64,000 nucleotides of DNA, from the NCBI GenBank assembly GCA_021613535.1, contig CP075494.1, positions 11,470,001 through 11,534,000 of the forward strand. Reading direction: 5' to 3'. Source of the stretch: Adineta vaga (taxonomy: Eukaryota > Animalia > Rotifera). The translations under genes and the position numbers were made by a program. Within the stretch, counting starts at the first letter, position 1; each line of letters opens with the position of its first letter. The notes below the pieces were generated by a model that had not been told where the DNA came from, ran no database searches, and worked only from the letters and a program-made list of their open reading frames with translations. Below are positions 41,286 through 53,907 of the stretch, in pieces.

Positions 41286-41750
41286 TTATTTCAAACAATG
41301 GTTTTTTACTTTAAATGGATCCATAGATCCAAGTTTGTATGCAACAACCAAACATTCGTAAAAACCAATTATTTGTACAACAAAAATTGACAGAAAACGA
41401 TAGTCAAGAATGATTTCAAATGAACGACATTTTAATATACTAATTATTTGTATAAGTAGGCATGAAATAATCAATGATACAAATATTTGGAAAGAGAATA
41501 GAAAATGAGCACGAATCCACTTGCTTTGAGGTCTACAAATGAGTAGGAACCAAGCATATAGACTTAGTATATTGGCTGAATAGATTAGTACAAATAAGTA
41601 TATTATAAATTTACAGAATGCATGACCAGAAGAATAGGATGCACATCGTTCTAGAAATTCAAAAGCTTTATTATTTAGATGAAGATTGCAATAGATTATG
41701 AAACATTCTATTGCTTTTTCCAATACACTCACTTTCATAAAGATGTTCAA
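41286..41750 (-). pseudogene. Possible decayed rhodopsin-class GPCR fragment
   Basis: GHAFCKFIIYL..SANILSL..FLLICRP resembles TM3/ICL2. No complete gene is evident. Confidence 0.35.
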
Positions 41751-43116
41751 TTATCGACATTCTCAGATCCTCTGACAAAGATTTATCCACATCACCATTT
41801 TCCCACCATATACCAGTAAACATAACGATTAATATTGAAGAAAAATAACCGGATCCTGCGAATGCGATATACTTACCGTATTGGTCGCAATTATCCTTCC
41901 TAAAAAATACGCAGTTTTAAAAAAAATCTCGTGAAATTATTCAATCAACGCTCATAAATCAATATTGATACTTACCAGACTTGATCGGTTAAGAGATCCT
42001 GTTCATTATGAATTGTTTTTCGACAAAGGCACTTCTTGTTAAAATGAATGGAATATTTATTGTATCTTTTCAAATTTAATAAAAATTTTGATGACATGTG
42101 CTTCTCAATCTAAATGAAAAGCACAAGATTATTTCTAAAACTAAACAGAATTCTCGTTTTCTCTGGATGTTTTAATAACATTTTTTTAAGAAAATACATA
42201 TACATCGAAATAAACTTTAGAACGGATTTATTACTATGAATCGTACACAATAATAACTTTACAAAAAGTAGTCGCACAAGATCATATAGTATAGTTACAA
42301 CGATCTCTCTAATGTATACGTCATCATCAACAGTACTCCATAAATGTATTATTTTAATCGATTAACCAGAAGCACATAATCGCAGAGTTATTTCAAAAAA
42401 ACAAAATATCATCTCAAACAAACCTTTGATTTGAAATGATGATCGATTTTCATGGTTATTTTGTAAGAAAATGGATTGCTTGGGAATTTCACGCCACCAA
42501 AAGTTAGAATTGTATTAAATTTAATACGACTAAGTAAAAAAGAACAATTGATTTATTCGTATCTAACAAGCAGAAAGAATCAATGCAACAATTAAATGTA
42601 CTAGAAGAAAATCTGAAGTAAAAAAGAGTTTGATGAAAATGAATTAGAACTTCCTTTTGGTCGTTGTTTATATAAAAATTAGTTGGTCACTATATGTCCT
42701 CAAAATTTTCTTTTTCTTTTTTATGTCGATCTTCTTCGCTGATTTTTATTCTTTCCGACGATTCGCCAGACAGACGAGAGAGAGAGAAATGCGGTCAACT
42801 TGTTCAGGGGAGAATGTCTATTGACCGTCATACGCTGCTTTTTTTCTTTTTCTGTCATAAACTTTTTGCCGTTTATTTTCATGAACAATGTGGACGACCG
42901 ACGTGAACGATCGTTGGTCTACTTTTCTCAAAATTCATGGGTCGTACTTGTATATATTTATATAAGTCTTGTCTCTACGAATATTCACACTTATGTTCTT
43001 AACACACTACAACTCGAAAAGAAAATTAATAATAAAATAATCAATATTTTCAAAAACCTTTCTTTCTTTAGAATTTTTACTACATAAGATTGCTTTTTCA
43101 TTCGAGAAAAGTGATT

Positions 43117-44034
43117 ATGACCGTAACTAAATCTAGTCGCAGTGCTCGCCGATCACAATCAACTGTATTAAATATGATATTACAACATTCTCGATCTCGT
43201 TGGAATATTATCCATCGTCAACGACAATATCATGAAAATCGATCGAAGTAAAAATGGAAAATTTGTTTTATCACTCACATGATATTAAACGTCATTTTTA
43301 CTCATAATTTGTTTTAGATCAACAAGAAATCCAATCTACTCATATATATTTTCCAAGAAATGGACAATAACTCATTCATTGTTGTTTTCAATATGTATCT
43401 TTATATATTTCTGGTTACCATATAGTAAGAATCATAGTAAATTATCTTGGATAAAAAAGAAAAATGCATCAATCAAATTTGATGATTATTTACAATGGAT
43501 CTATCATGGTAAGTCATTATTCACAAATTTTGAATGAACAATAATCATCTTCTAAAGTTTAAAAATAATATTGTTCATTTGTTGTTTTTAGAACGATGTT
43601 CATTAACGGGAATTCTTGTCAATAAGAGTAGGAGCTACCAAGTAATTAATCAGTCAGCTGATCTTCTATCTATATTTCACATCATACTATTGATCATGCT
43701 GACTTTCTTATGTATCATCATCAATAGATATAATATTAAAAAATTAGTCTATGGGAAACGATTTGTTTCGATTGGAATATCGATACTTGTTGTTTCCTCC
43801 ATATGTAATCAACTGATTAGTTCATTCACTTGCCGACCAATCGAAATCATCTATGATATAAGTTTTATGTCAATGATTTCTATGCAAATAATCAGCTTTC
43901 TTTTTTGTCTTTTTTTTACCTATATGTATGCTAGAATGTATGCGTCTCTTATATGTTATTATCCAGATTTGATAGGTATTTTTCCAATACCTGGACAGAG
44001 AAAATTCAATAACCAATGTCAGTTATGTCACTGA
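43117..44034 (+). CDS. Orphan 3-exon membrane-protein ORF, possibly a truncated or chimeric gene
   Basis: ATG at 43117; phase-compatible introns 43248-43318 and 43509-43591 join into ORF 43534-44034. Confidence 0.4.
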
Positions 44035-44785
44035 GTGTACAATACTGATTAACTCTAGTCGAATAGAAATTAAATTTCTTAAAAAATAAAGTTTTCTTTG
44101 CAAAAGTATCTAATTATATGTTTGCAGGGTTGAATTTCGATCTAGACACGATAAAAAGTGATTATTGGAAACATGAAGTTAACAATATTCATCTTTGTAA
44201 TGTATCATATATCTCGATAAGCTGATCAATTGTTTTAAAGGTATCAGATGACTGCATGTAGGTTTTCAACAACGTGAGAGAACAGATGAATGATTTGTAA
44301 AAGAGATTGATCGTGAATTCAATTTCATTACAACTTGCAGTAAATCTTTTTCAGATTCAGATTTTATTTGGTTATTGTTTGATTACTTGTAATATACTCA
44401 ATGTGAAAAGTGCAAATCATTTTGCAATGCATTTTTAAAGTTAGAATCTGTTTCTTCTTGACTGACAGTTTTCAAGGTACTTAGAAGTCGAATGATCGAA
44501 ATGACTTGTATTATCAGTATTGAATTTGTTTATTATGGAAAAGAAGATAAACGTAATCTTTTTTCTTTTCTGTCTTTCGTATACACATGTGTGTTCGTAG
44601 TACCTCGAACAGTGATTATACTGTCCACAGGCCATAGATGATTGTGTCTCGATGACTAATTCTTTGCACGAAAAAAGATAATAACTGATCGAAAGATTTA
44701 AATAAAATTGTGAACTAAAATAAATTTCATATTAAAAATATCTATCCAAAGAGGTTTTGTAATTTTTGTTGGCGTTTTCATACCA

Positions 44786-45178
44786 ATGATCATTTTGGCT
44801 TCATCTTTGGCTGATTTATCTAAAGTAACAAACTTCGAAGTGATGAGTGATTTAATACGTGATTCAGCTCAAGTTATGTATTTTTCGATGACTATACTGG
44901 GTCTTCTTGGTTTCAGTACAGATATTCAACTAAAAAAATGTCGAATATCATTGGATATGATTACGATTTTTATTGTTGCTCTTTGTTGTTTAATTATGTC
45001 GTGTAAATCTATTAGCATCATATTTAAACATGAATTCATGGTGAAATGGCAAGTCATGCTGGCCATCGACATAACTGCCAACACTGCTGGTTTTCTTTAT
45101 TTAGCGGTGATCTGCACAAAATGGGTCATGGGGAACATTCAGGATAGTACACCAGCCGATCATCTACATGAAGTTTAG
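44786..45178 (+). CDS. Small hydrophobic multi-TM ORF, unknown
   Basis: 130-aa ORF with about three hydrophobic segments; no family recognised. Confidence 0.3.
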   Translation: MIILASSLADLSKVTNFEVMSDLIRDSAQVMYFSMTILGLLGFSTDIQLKKCRISLDMITIFIVALCCLIMSCKSISIIFKHEFMVKWQVMLAIDITANTAGFLYLAVICTKWVMGNIQDSTPADHLHEV

Positions 45179-45769
45179 TTTCTTTTTTTTAATTCTCTTT
45201 GATTGTTTCTTTTCTATTTTATTCGATAAACATATTGACGCATAGCTTGTATTTCTCTATCTATAAACTAAACATTTCGAAACAGACAGTATACCGTCCT
45301 CCAGTATAGATGTTATTTACCAAAGAAAAGATTATCACGCGTGTTTTATCTGCATGAAATAAATAGAAGTAGAAAGAAAAGGAAGAGAGAGATTGTATGC
45401 AATACTGATTTGAATTCGACTGATATCATTCACTTACTAGTTCAATAATTGCCATCAACTTATTTTTTATTGTTGATGATTTGCACCATACAATACAATA
45501 TAACAAGGAGATATTTTTCATTACATATCTTTCCAAACATGTCGTTAAATACAAAAAGAATGTTCTATGTTCTTTTTTTTCTCGTATGCACTACAGTATT
45601 TTCGGGAAACATACATGATAACATTATTATATTGGAAATAGTCCGAAGGCCGTTGATTTTAAATAAGAAATATAAGATTATAATAACCAACCGTTCAATT
45701 TGTTGTTCGAATTATTCTGATAAATCGTTGTTGTCAAATAAGTATTGATTCTTGAGATTGTTTTCGATA

Positions 45770-46330
45770 CAAACTTAATGGAATAAATGATATAAAAATA
45801 ATCGAAAAGATATAACCATAGTTTTCGAGATTCTTTAACACATTCTGATAATAATGCTATAATAAAACAAGGAAATAATAGAATAACTAATACAATAGGA
45901 CTAATAACTAATTGTTGTTCATATCGTAAACAAAATCGAATTGATGATCGTTGACAAGCAATATTCACAATGATCAATAGAACAGAAATGAAATTAATAG
46001 AAACTGATGCAACAACTTGTATAATTGCTACATAGTTTTTCGCTGTTGGAGAATAACGAAGTACACACCAAACACGTTCTTCTTCATAATCATCAAATAA
46101 ATCTCGATAGACAAGTTCATAACACATTGAAGCTAAACCTATCAATAGTAATAACTAACAAAAGCATCGTGTAATCTTTCGACTTGTTCCCTTATCAAAA
46201 CGAATTCATTGAAAAAGTAAAATAGTTCGTTTAATTGCTATAGAAGTATTTAACTGATGGCTTACATAAAGAAATAAACGAAGACAAGGTTCAGTTACAA
46301 TACAATCTATTAATGTATTCAACATATTCC
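45770..46330 (-). pseudogene. Decayed 7TM GPCR C-terminal region
   Basis: CIVTEPCLRLFLY..LNTSIAIKRT / DDYEEERVWCVLRYS..LVISPIVLVILLFP..LWLYLFDYF, with frameshifts. Confidence 0.65.
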
Positions 46331-46502
46331 GTATTTCTTTGGATGATGAAAAAAGCTTATATCAATATAGAGAATTTCTTTTGTTCGAACTTCTAATGGA
46401 AAATGACAATTTTGAAGTTGTTCCTGCTAAGCTTTTAATCCGCTTGAAGTTTATTTATCACACACACTGTCGACATCGAATGAACGACTATATATATATA
46501 TA

Positions 46503-46800
46503 TGTCGGAGTTGACTTTAAAATCAGTGCTTCAAAACCTGCTTTCAGTGTCAAAAACAGTATTTCATGGTGAGAATGTAGTTGGAAATGGATGAAGATGA
46601 GGGTGTTTATGAGAATGTAGGTGAGTGGAGGTGCTAGGATTTGGAAGACGTTGAGGGACTGGTAATAGTGTAAGCGAGAGTGCGGATGTATTTTCTTTAT
46701 CACCAGTCTCATCTTCATCTACACTCACTATGAAATCTTATTTTTGACACCAAAAACAAGGTTAGAATCACTGGTTCTAAAGTCAACTTCGACTCCGACA
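46503..46800. mobile_element. Non-autonomous foldback/MITE with long imperfect TIRs, TGT...ACA ends
   Basis: Left arm TGTCGGAGTTGACTTTAAAATCAGTG..GTGTCAAAAA..ATTTCATGGTGAG versus reverse-complemented right arm TGTCGGAGTCGAAGTTGACTTTAGAACCAGTG..GTGTCAAAAA..ATTTCATAGTGAG. It abuts a (TA)n tract. Confidence 0.8.
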
Positions 46801-46804
46801 TGTA

Positions 46805-47840
46805 TGTTAAGAAAAGGGAGAAAATCCATATATGAGCACGAAAGGAAAATCCCTAACATGAACATCCCATAGAACAACATGAAAGCTAAGATAATAGAGA
46901 GAGGATTAATTCCTCATATATGAAAGATAGCAAAATACTTTTCGATAGAGAGAATATAACACATATACTATCATACTGATGATCGTTCTTATGAACTGTA
47001 TCTGGGTAAGATGCAGGGCATAACACCAGTGGCGCAACCACGGGGAAGGAGCAAATGGGCAATTGCCCATTCGAAATTTTTGAGAATCGTTTTTTTCCAG
47101 CAGAATCTTTTAAAAAAGACGCTTTGCCCACTGAAATTTTGAGCCTCAAGCAGCATTTGCCCATTGCTCGAAAGTTCCTGGTTGCGCCACTGCATAACAC
47201 GTCCCCCTTGGAAAAGATGAACGGCCGCGTCCCTTGAAACTAACCATATACTTATTTTTCTCATTGTCCATGCAGATTTTGTTTATAGAGTGTTTGTAAG
47301 TGTTGTGTCATATTAAATATTGTCACAAATTTGTAAATGACTTTAGTATTATATCAAGAGTTGCCACCACCTTGATATATAACCATACTTTATTACCGCG
47401 ATACTTTGATTTCATACCTAATAGCTAATTGTCAATCATCATTATTCATTTATAACATAGTATTGGTCATCTTTGTGAGTTGTCACCATCATAACTTGAT
47501 ATACCATTTACTTCAAATTTAACCGTATTCCGATAGTGGTTGACGCACACATTTGTTAATATATATAACATTAAATCAATCTTTCAAATACCGGTTGTAG
47601 GTCAGCCACATAAACTTCTCTCAGAAAACCTATCTCTTGTTCTAGACTATAGTAACTTGGGTGTTTCTCTTAAATGATCATGTGCTGTCCAGAGTAACAC
47701 GCTTCTAGTTTTGAAATATGACCAGGTTTTCGCCATAGAACCAAATCCTTTGGTTTATAAATTGGATTGGATCGGTTTTGATCGAACGATGCTTTAACTA
47801 AACCTTGTTGAATTTGGATATTTTGTTGTGCTACTTTATG
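46805..47840 (-). mobile_element. Gypsy-like LTR retrotransposon 3' remnant (integrase tail, PPT, 3' LTR)
   Basis: Minus strand ~47830-47570 reads AQQNIQIQQ..KASFDQNRSNPIYKPKDLVLWRKPG..KLEACYSG..HPSY..REVYVADLQP, a GPY/F-like tail. PPT-like AAGGGGGACG precedes TGTTATG, and the LTR candidate ends TAACA at 46805. Confidence 0.72.
47027..47192. mobile_element. hAT-type MITE (166 bp)
   Basis: Perfect 14-bp TIR CAGTGGCGCAACCA/TGGTTGCGCCACTG and perfect 8-bp TSD CATAACAC (47019-26, 47193-200). Confidence 0.93.
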
Positions 47841-48896
47841 TACTTGGTGGATTATTAATTGAAATTAATCAACGAAATAACATAACTCTAGTTTTTATTC
47901 AAAAAGAATATATTTATTCCATTGTATATGGAGCACTTTTCTATACAGCACTTGTAACATTGGTAAAACTCTTCTGAATATATATTTCAATTTAACAATT
48001 TGTTCATTTAAGATCCCAGAATTGAATACATTTGGTCATCATTTACAAGTCAATCTTAAACAAGCAAATCAAACTTCTAAACAACGTCGTTTAATCAACA
48101 ATCGATTACTCTTCGTGTTGTTATCATGTTTCTATTAGGAAAATATGGAACATATTTAGAAAATCTAGTTCAATTATAGAATGATTTTATTCTTTGATAG
48201 TTTATTTTTTTAAATAATAGTATAGAAATGTTTTTGTAAGAATTGACGAAGAAGAATGTAAATAAATGATCTTTTAATCAAAACTAAAAATAACTTACTA
48301 TCTAATGAAGTCATGTCTTTCAATCCGATTGTATATCTCATGATACCAAGAGTATTCTATAGATTTAATCAAATTAGATGTAATTGATAGTGTCAATTAG
48401 CGCTATCTATTCTGGTCGATTTTGTAACATGTCCAATCAAAAGGAATATGTCAGAGAACAAAGCAGGCGATCTTTTCTCATTCTCAGTTTAACTTTGTTC
48501 AAATATTAAATTCAGTTCAGTTCAGTTCAGTTTAATAAAAAAATGACAACATCATCTGGCACGGTACCTGATGTTTCACCATCTCAAGTTTTGAGTGTCA
48601 GTCCAAGTTTACCAACGAATAAATTACTTGATAATTTGACAGTAATATATTTGATTTGATTGTTATCCAAACATATTTCTATGAATATATTTAGAAAAAT
48701 CAAAGACTTTTACAATTATTACCACAAAACTATGAGAAACGTCAATATTTCAATAATCTTTTTCAAACTTTATTGGATGATTTTTTCTATTCACATGAAC
48801 GTCCTGATGTACAACTCTATGCTGCGATTTGTCTCGCAGATATTATTCGAATCTGGGCACCGAATCTTCCGGATGCTCCACCTGAAAAAAAGCTGG
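47841..48896 (+). repeat. Right copy of segmental duplication, internally deleted by about 2.2 kb
   Basis: A ZIP-like gene 1 fragment is fused via a short filler to the ZIP2 last-exon tail and the PDS5 promoter. Confidence 0.92.
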
Positions 48897-51800
48897 TAAA
48901 ACAAATCGCTTTTTTAATTCTTTCTTTTTAAATTCTTTTTATTTTTTGAAAGAATATGTTTCTTTTTCTGGCTCGTCAATTACTTGCGTTAAAGAAAATC
49001 GATGATCCATTATTCAGCCGACGATATTACTTACTTGAAGTAAAGAGCATATCATTTTCTTGATGAATATAAACAAAAAATCTTTCTAGAATTTAAGTAT
49101 GGTCCAATCATTCATTCCAGCAGTTAATTTAGAAGATAATCGTGGTTGTCAAATAAGTACATTAGTATTTAATAATCTTTTCAATGCTTTACAGTATGTC
49201 ATTCGATTCTTGTCAATTCAAATTATTTTGTGTTTTTCAATAGGAAAAATCATACGGATCAATTGAAAAATTTAATGATTGATATTGTTACAGTTATTTT
49301 AGCTGAATATGAATCGATACCATTTTCATTATTAGAATTATTATTTGCACGAATTATTGATCCGGAGAAAGTAATATTATTTCAAATTGATTTTTGAATC
49401 TTTTGAATAATTTTATTGTGACTAGAAATTACGTGAAGAATGTTATGAATTGGTCGAATCAATTATACGGCGTGGTGAATCATATTTGAAACCAGCGATC
49501 GCTGAGGTAAAGTTCAAAAATATGTTTTACTTCTTCTACTTCTATTTCTTTTTCAGTATTTTAAAGCTGTTCTAATTACTGAAGATACAGAATCCTTACA
49601 ATTACATAATAAAATTTATTATGTATTCGATGAACTATGTCATATTTCGGAATCAATCGTTGATGAACTTATACCAACTATTGAACATCGATTGACGGTA
49701 GAGAAAAAGACACAGGTTATTAGATTTTTGTGAATTCATTGATCTATATAGGTATCTAATGAAAAACATCGTCGTGATGCAGCGAAAATCATTGCTTATG
49801 TAACCAGTTCACCAAATAATGATTTTGCACAAAGACATAAAACATTATGGAGTACATTTCTTGATCAGTAAGATGAATTAGTCTATTGAATACTTCATTG
49901 AAATTGTATATCTAGATTTAAAAATGGTACATCAGAAATACAATTAACTTGTCTTAAACATCTTAAAAGTTATTTTGTTAATCATCCAGAACTTCGAACA
50001 GATCTCGAAGGTAAACTGATTTTCGAACGATTTGTTTGTCTGAAAGAATATTTTCATAGATGTTATGATTCGATTGAGTTTGTCAAGTGATACAAATATT
50101 CGTTCACAACTTATGATACAAATACGTGCAATAACAAGTTCAAATTTATTAGATATTAGTGATAAAATCAAACAAATTCTATGTGGACGTGCACGAGATA
50201 AAATCGTATGTTTTATAATCAATTAAAGTTCTTTTTCTACTTGACTTCTGTAATATTTTTAGTGGGACGTTCGTAAGGAAGCATTAGATTATCTAGGTCA
50301 TGTTTATAAAAAAGAATGTACGAATGCAAATTGGTCAAATGATACTCAAAAACAATTAACATGGGTTGCAAATTGTATTATTCATCTATACTATCAAAAG
50401 ACTACACAAGACAAGTAAGAATTGTTTGAAAAAGTTTGAAAGCGAACTTTAATCTTGATAAATTGTAGATTATTAGCAGAACGATTGTTAACATTCTATT
50501 TAATACCATGGGATGTAAATACGGATGATAAAGTGAAGGTTTTTTTAGAATTATATTCAAATGTAGATGAAAATGCTCAAAGGTATATTTTTTAGATTGA
50601 AAATACTAAACGCTTGTGTGTTCTTTATTTTAGAGCAATTCGCGAAATGATACACAGCAAGTTCCTGTATGTATATCCTGTATTTTCAAGAGGAAAATTT
50701 ATGAAAATAGTATTTTCTGAATAATAGATTTCGTCGACAGTTAATCAAACTAATTGATTTTACTTTACAAATGGCTGATTCTAATATATCGAATGATGAC
50801 AAACAATTAATTGAATTAAAACTTGTTAGTCTTATACATGTCATTGCTTTACGTAAGTCAATAATTTTTCTTTTTATATAATTCAAATTTTCATCTATTC
50901 TTTTCAAGGTTGTCTACCAAATCCAGATAAAAATGAATCTGTTCTCAAATCATTTACTGTATATGCAATTAAAAATCATAAACAATCATTAACAACTAAT
51001 GAAGAATCAAGTATAGTATCTATATTCAAAAAAGCATTATCGGATGGTATTAAAGCAAAAGAAGCATATAGTTTAGCTGTATGTTTAACGATTTTAAAGG
51101 AGTTCATTTTGATTTTCTCTATGTATATTTATCTTGTTTTGTTTTTAGAATGGTATTGGACAAATGTTATTGGAAGAAGCAACTAAAGAACAAAAACGTT
51201 TTCCAGGAAATACAAGTGAAGATCAGACAACAAATGGAACGCCTACGATTGAAAATAATGGTCATGGACAATATAGAAAAATGTGTGGATTAATTAAAAC
51301 AATGTTTGAAAAAATATCAACACTTTTATTTGATCAAGAAACAGCTAGTAAATTATTAAAATCCATATTTGAAAAAGTTTCCCATGGTAAGTTGAAAATT
51401 AATTGTAAATTTATTTTTTCAATCTTCTTTACTTTCTAGAACCAGAACAACCAGCATCGTATTATGAAAATATCAATCAATTGTTAAAGGTTTGTGCAAT
51501 CGAGAACGGAAAATTTTTACTTCATATCTTTATAGGTATTTGTTCAATATCCACTTGTTTTCAATTCATCGGAATCACTTGAACTTCTCTGTAATCTATT
51601 GAAACAACGTGTACTTGAATTAGGTTTGTTTTATCCGTTTCCACAAACTATCCTTTTACTTATTTGCTTGTATTAATAGCACCTACACTTATTCGAACAA
51701 TCGAAGCTTGTGCGCCCATGATTATTTCACTAAAACAAACAAGTATGATGACGTAAGTAGCATTTGAAAGAATCATTTTCAAAAGAAAAACATCATTTTA

Positions 51801-53907
51801 TAACTTTAGTCTTCTGGATTCAGAATTATCAACGTATTTAACTCTTCATCCACCAATAGCAAAACGTACACTTTATTGTATATGTGCACTTCATCCCGAT
51901 AAAAAAGATGAACTTTTACAAAAAATGATCGATGTAAATCATTCTACTATTTCTTCTATCATCTTCCTCTATATATTCATCTTCAATAGGATACGCACTA
52001 TGATCAATTTGAAAGTGAACAATTCACAACTCGTCTTGTTTTACTTGGTCATATGATTCAAATATCTCCAATTACTCTTGCCGATATAGGCAAACGAATC
52101 CTAAGTAATATAGCCAAGCATATCATCGATAAACAACAAACAAATGATGATGATGAAACTAATATGAGTACATCATTTCTTCATGGAGATTTTACATTAT
52201 TACCTGATGAACCTCATGCAGATCCAGATATTGGTTCAGATGCGCGTGTAAAAGTAAGTTGTACAACTTTGTTTTCAACTAATGTTTGAATATCCTTTCA
52301 TAGCGTGAACTAGTCAAAGCAATGACACGTGCAATCTTAGGTTTACGCGAAAATGCCAGTGGTTTATTTAATATAGTTTATAAATTAATTCGAAAATGTA
52401 TTGAAAATGATCAAGATTTTACCAATGAAATGAGGTAAGCAATGGCAAAGAAACATTTAGTAATACTTCACTTTTTTTCTAGTGAAAATGAAATCATTTA
52501 CATTCGTCTTTGTGGTTTATCATGTCTGTTGAAATTAATTTGTAATTCTTATTTTCATACACGAATAAAACCCGACGATTTTCTCGTTATCATTACTCTT
52601 CTTCGAGTAAGTTAATGTTTTTCATATCTTTCGAATTGTACTTTATAAAAAACCTCTTTGACAGGATTCATCTTCTATCATTCGTCAACGAACCTATCGT
52701 GAATTAACGGAACATCTACGTGATCCTTCATGTCCTATTGAATTACTTGCATTATTAGCGTTTGCAGCGAAAGAACCTGAACGTGAACATCGTGAACAAA
52801 TTCGTCGTTCAATGTTACAAATTATCGATACACGTCGTGAACATATTAAACTTCAATTATCTTATAAAACAGCTCATACAACGAATGATATCGATCAACA
52901 TAATGAACAAAATCCATCGACAACAAATGATAAACCAATTGATTATACATTATATCCCGAATATTCTTTAACATATTTTTTATTTTTTCTTTCTAAATCA
53001 CCAGCATTTATTCTTTATGATGATATTGAAATGTTACATACTATGACAGATTATATTCTATTTCTATTAGATGCTTTACTATTACGTTGTGATGCAACAG
53101 TTGGCTTATTTTATAAAGGTTTATTACGTTCAATAAAATCTTCGGAAGATGCAACATTATCTTTGGAAAAAGAAGACAAACCTGAACGAAAAGATGAAAT
53201 AAAAAAACTTCATGTTCTTGTTGATTTAGCTTATGTAATTTTATCTCAACACGCATCATCATTGATGATTTGTCGTGCAAGTTCTAATGTTCCATTACCG
53301 GATATGTATTTTAAAAAAGCAAAATTTAATCATTTATCTTATTTACCAAAAGATTTCAAAATCAAACTTAAACCAATTACAACAACAACGGTTAGTGATA
53401 CATTGACAACAAAACGAACGATTATTAATAATTCGGAAACAAATAATATAACAACAGCATCGAGTATAACAATTTCAACATCACCAAAAACAACACGAAA
53501 GAAACGAATAAGTGAAGGAGAAAATGAAAATGAAGACGACGATGATGATAATGATGATAATAAAGAACAAAATCTACCAAATAAACGACGAAAAGGTTCA
53601 GCAAATAGTAATAAACAACGAAAACGAAAATTGAGTAATTCAATTACTGAAAATGAAGATAATAATTCGAGTAAGAAACTGAAATTTTGATGTATTGAAT
53701 GTCATTTTATTTTGTATATTAGCTGCATCAACAGTTACTAGTAAAAAAGCACGAAAGAATACAACTACGAATAGTACAAATCGTTCTCGAGTGAATTTTT
53801 CATATGAAAAACCTCAACTACGTTCAGCATCAATATCATCAGGTTCATCAACTCCAACACGAAAAACAAGAAGCAAAGGGTCAGCAAAATTAACAACAAA
53901 AAATTAA
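48543..53907 (+). CDS. PDS5: Sister chromatid cohesion protein PDS5, many exons
   Basis: DVQLYAAICLADIIRIWAP, FLARQLLAL..FSRRYYLLENL, RARDKI/WDVRKEAL, LYPEYSL, and a basic low-complexity C-tail. Confidence 0.9.

Noticed and set aside
46886-47264. Three overlapping ORFs
   Set aside because: Artefacts of the GC-richer hAT MITE and LTR sequence.
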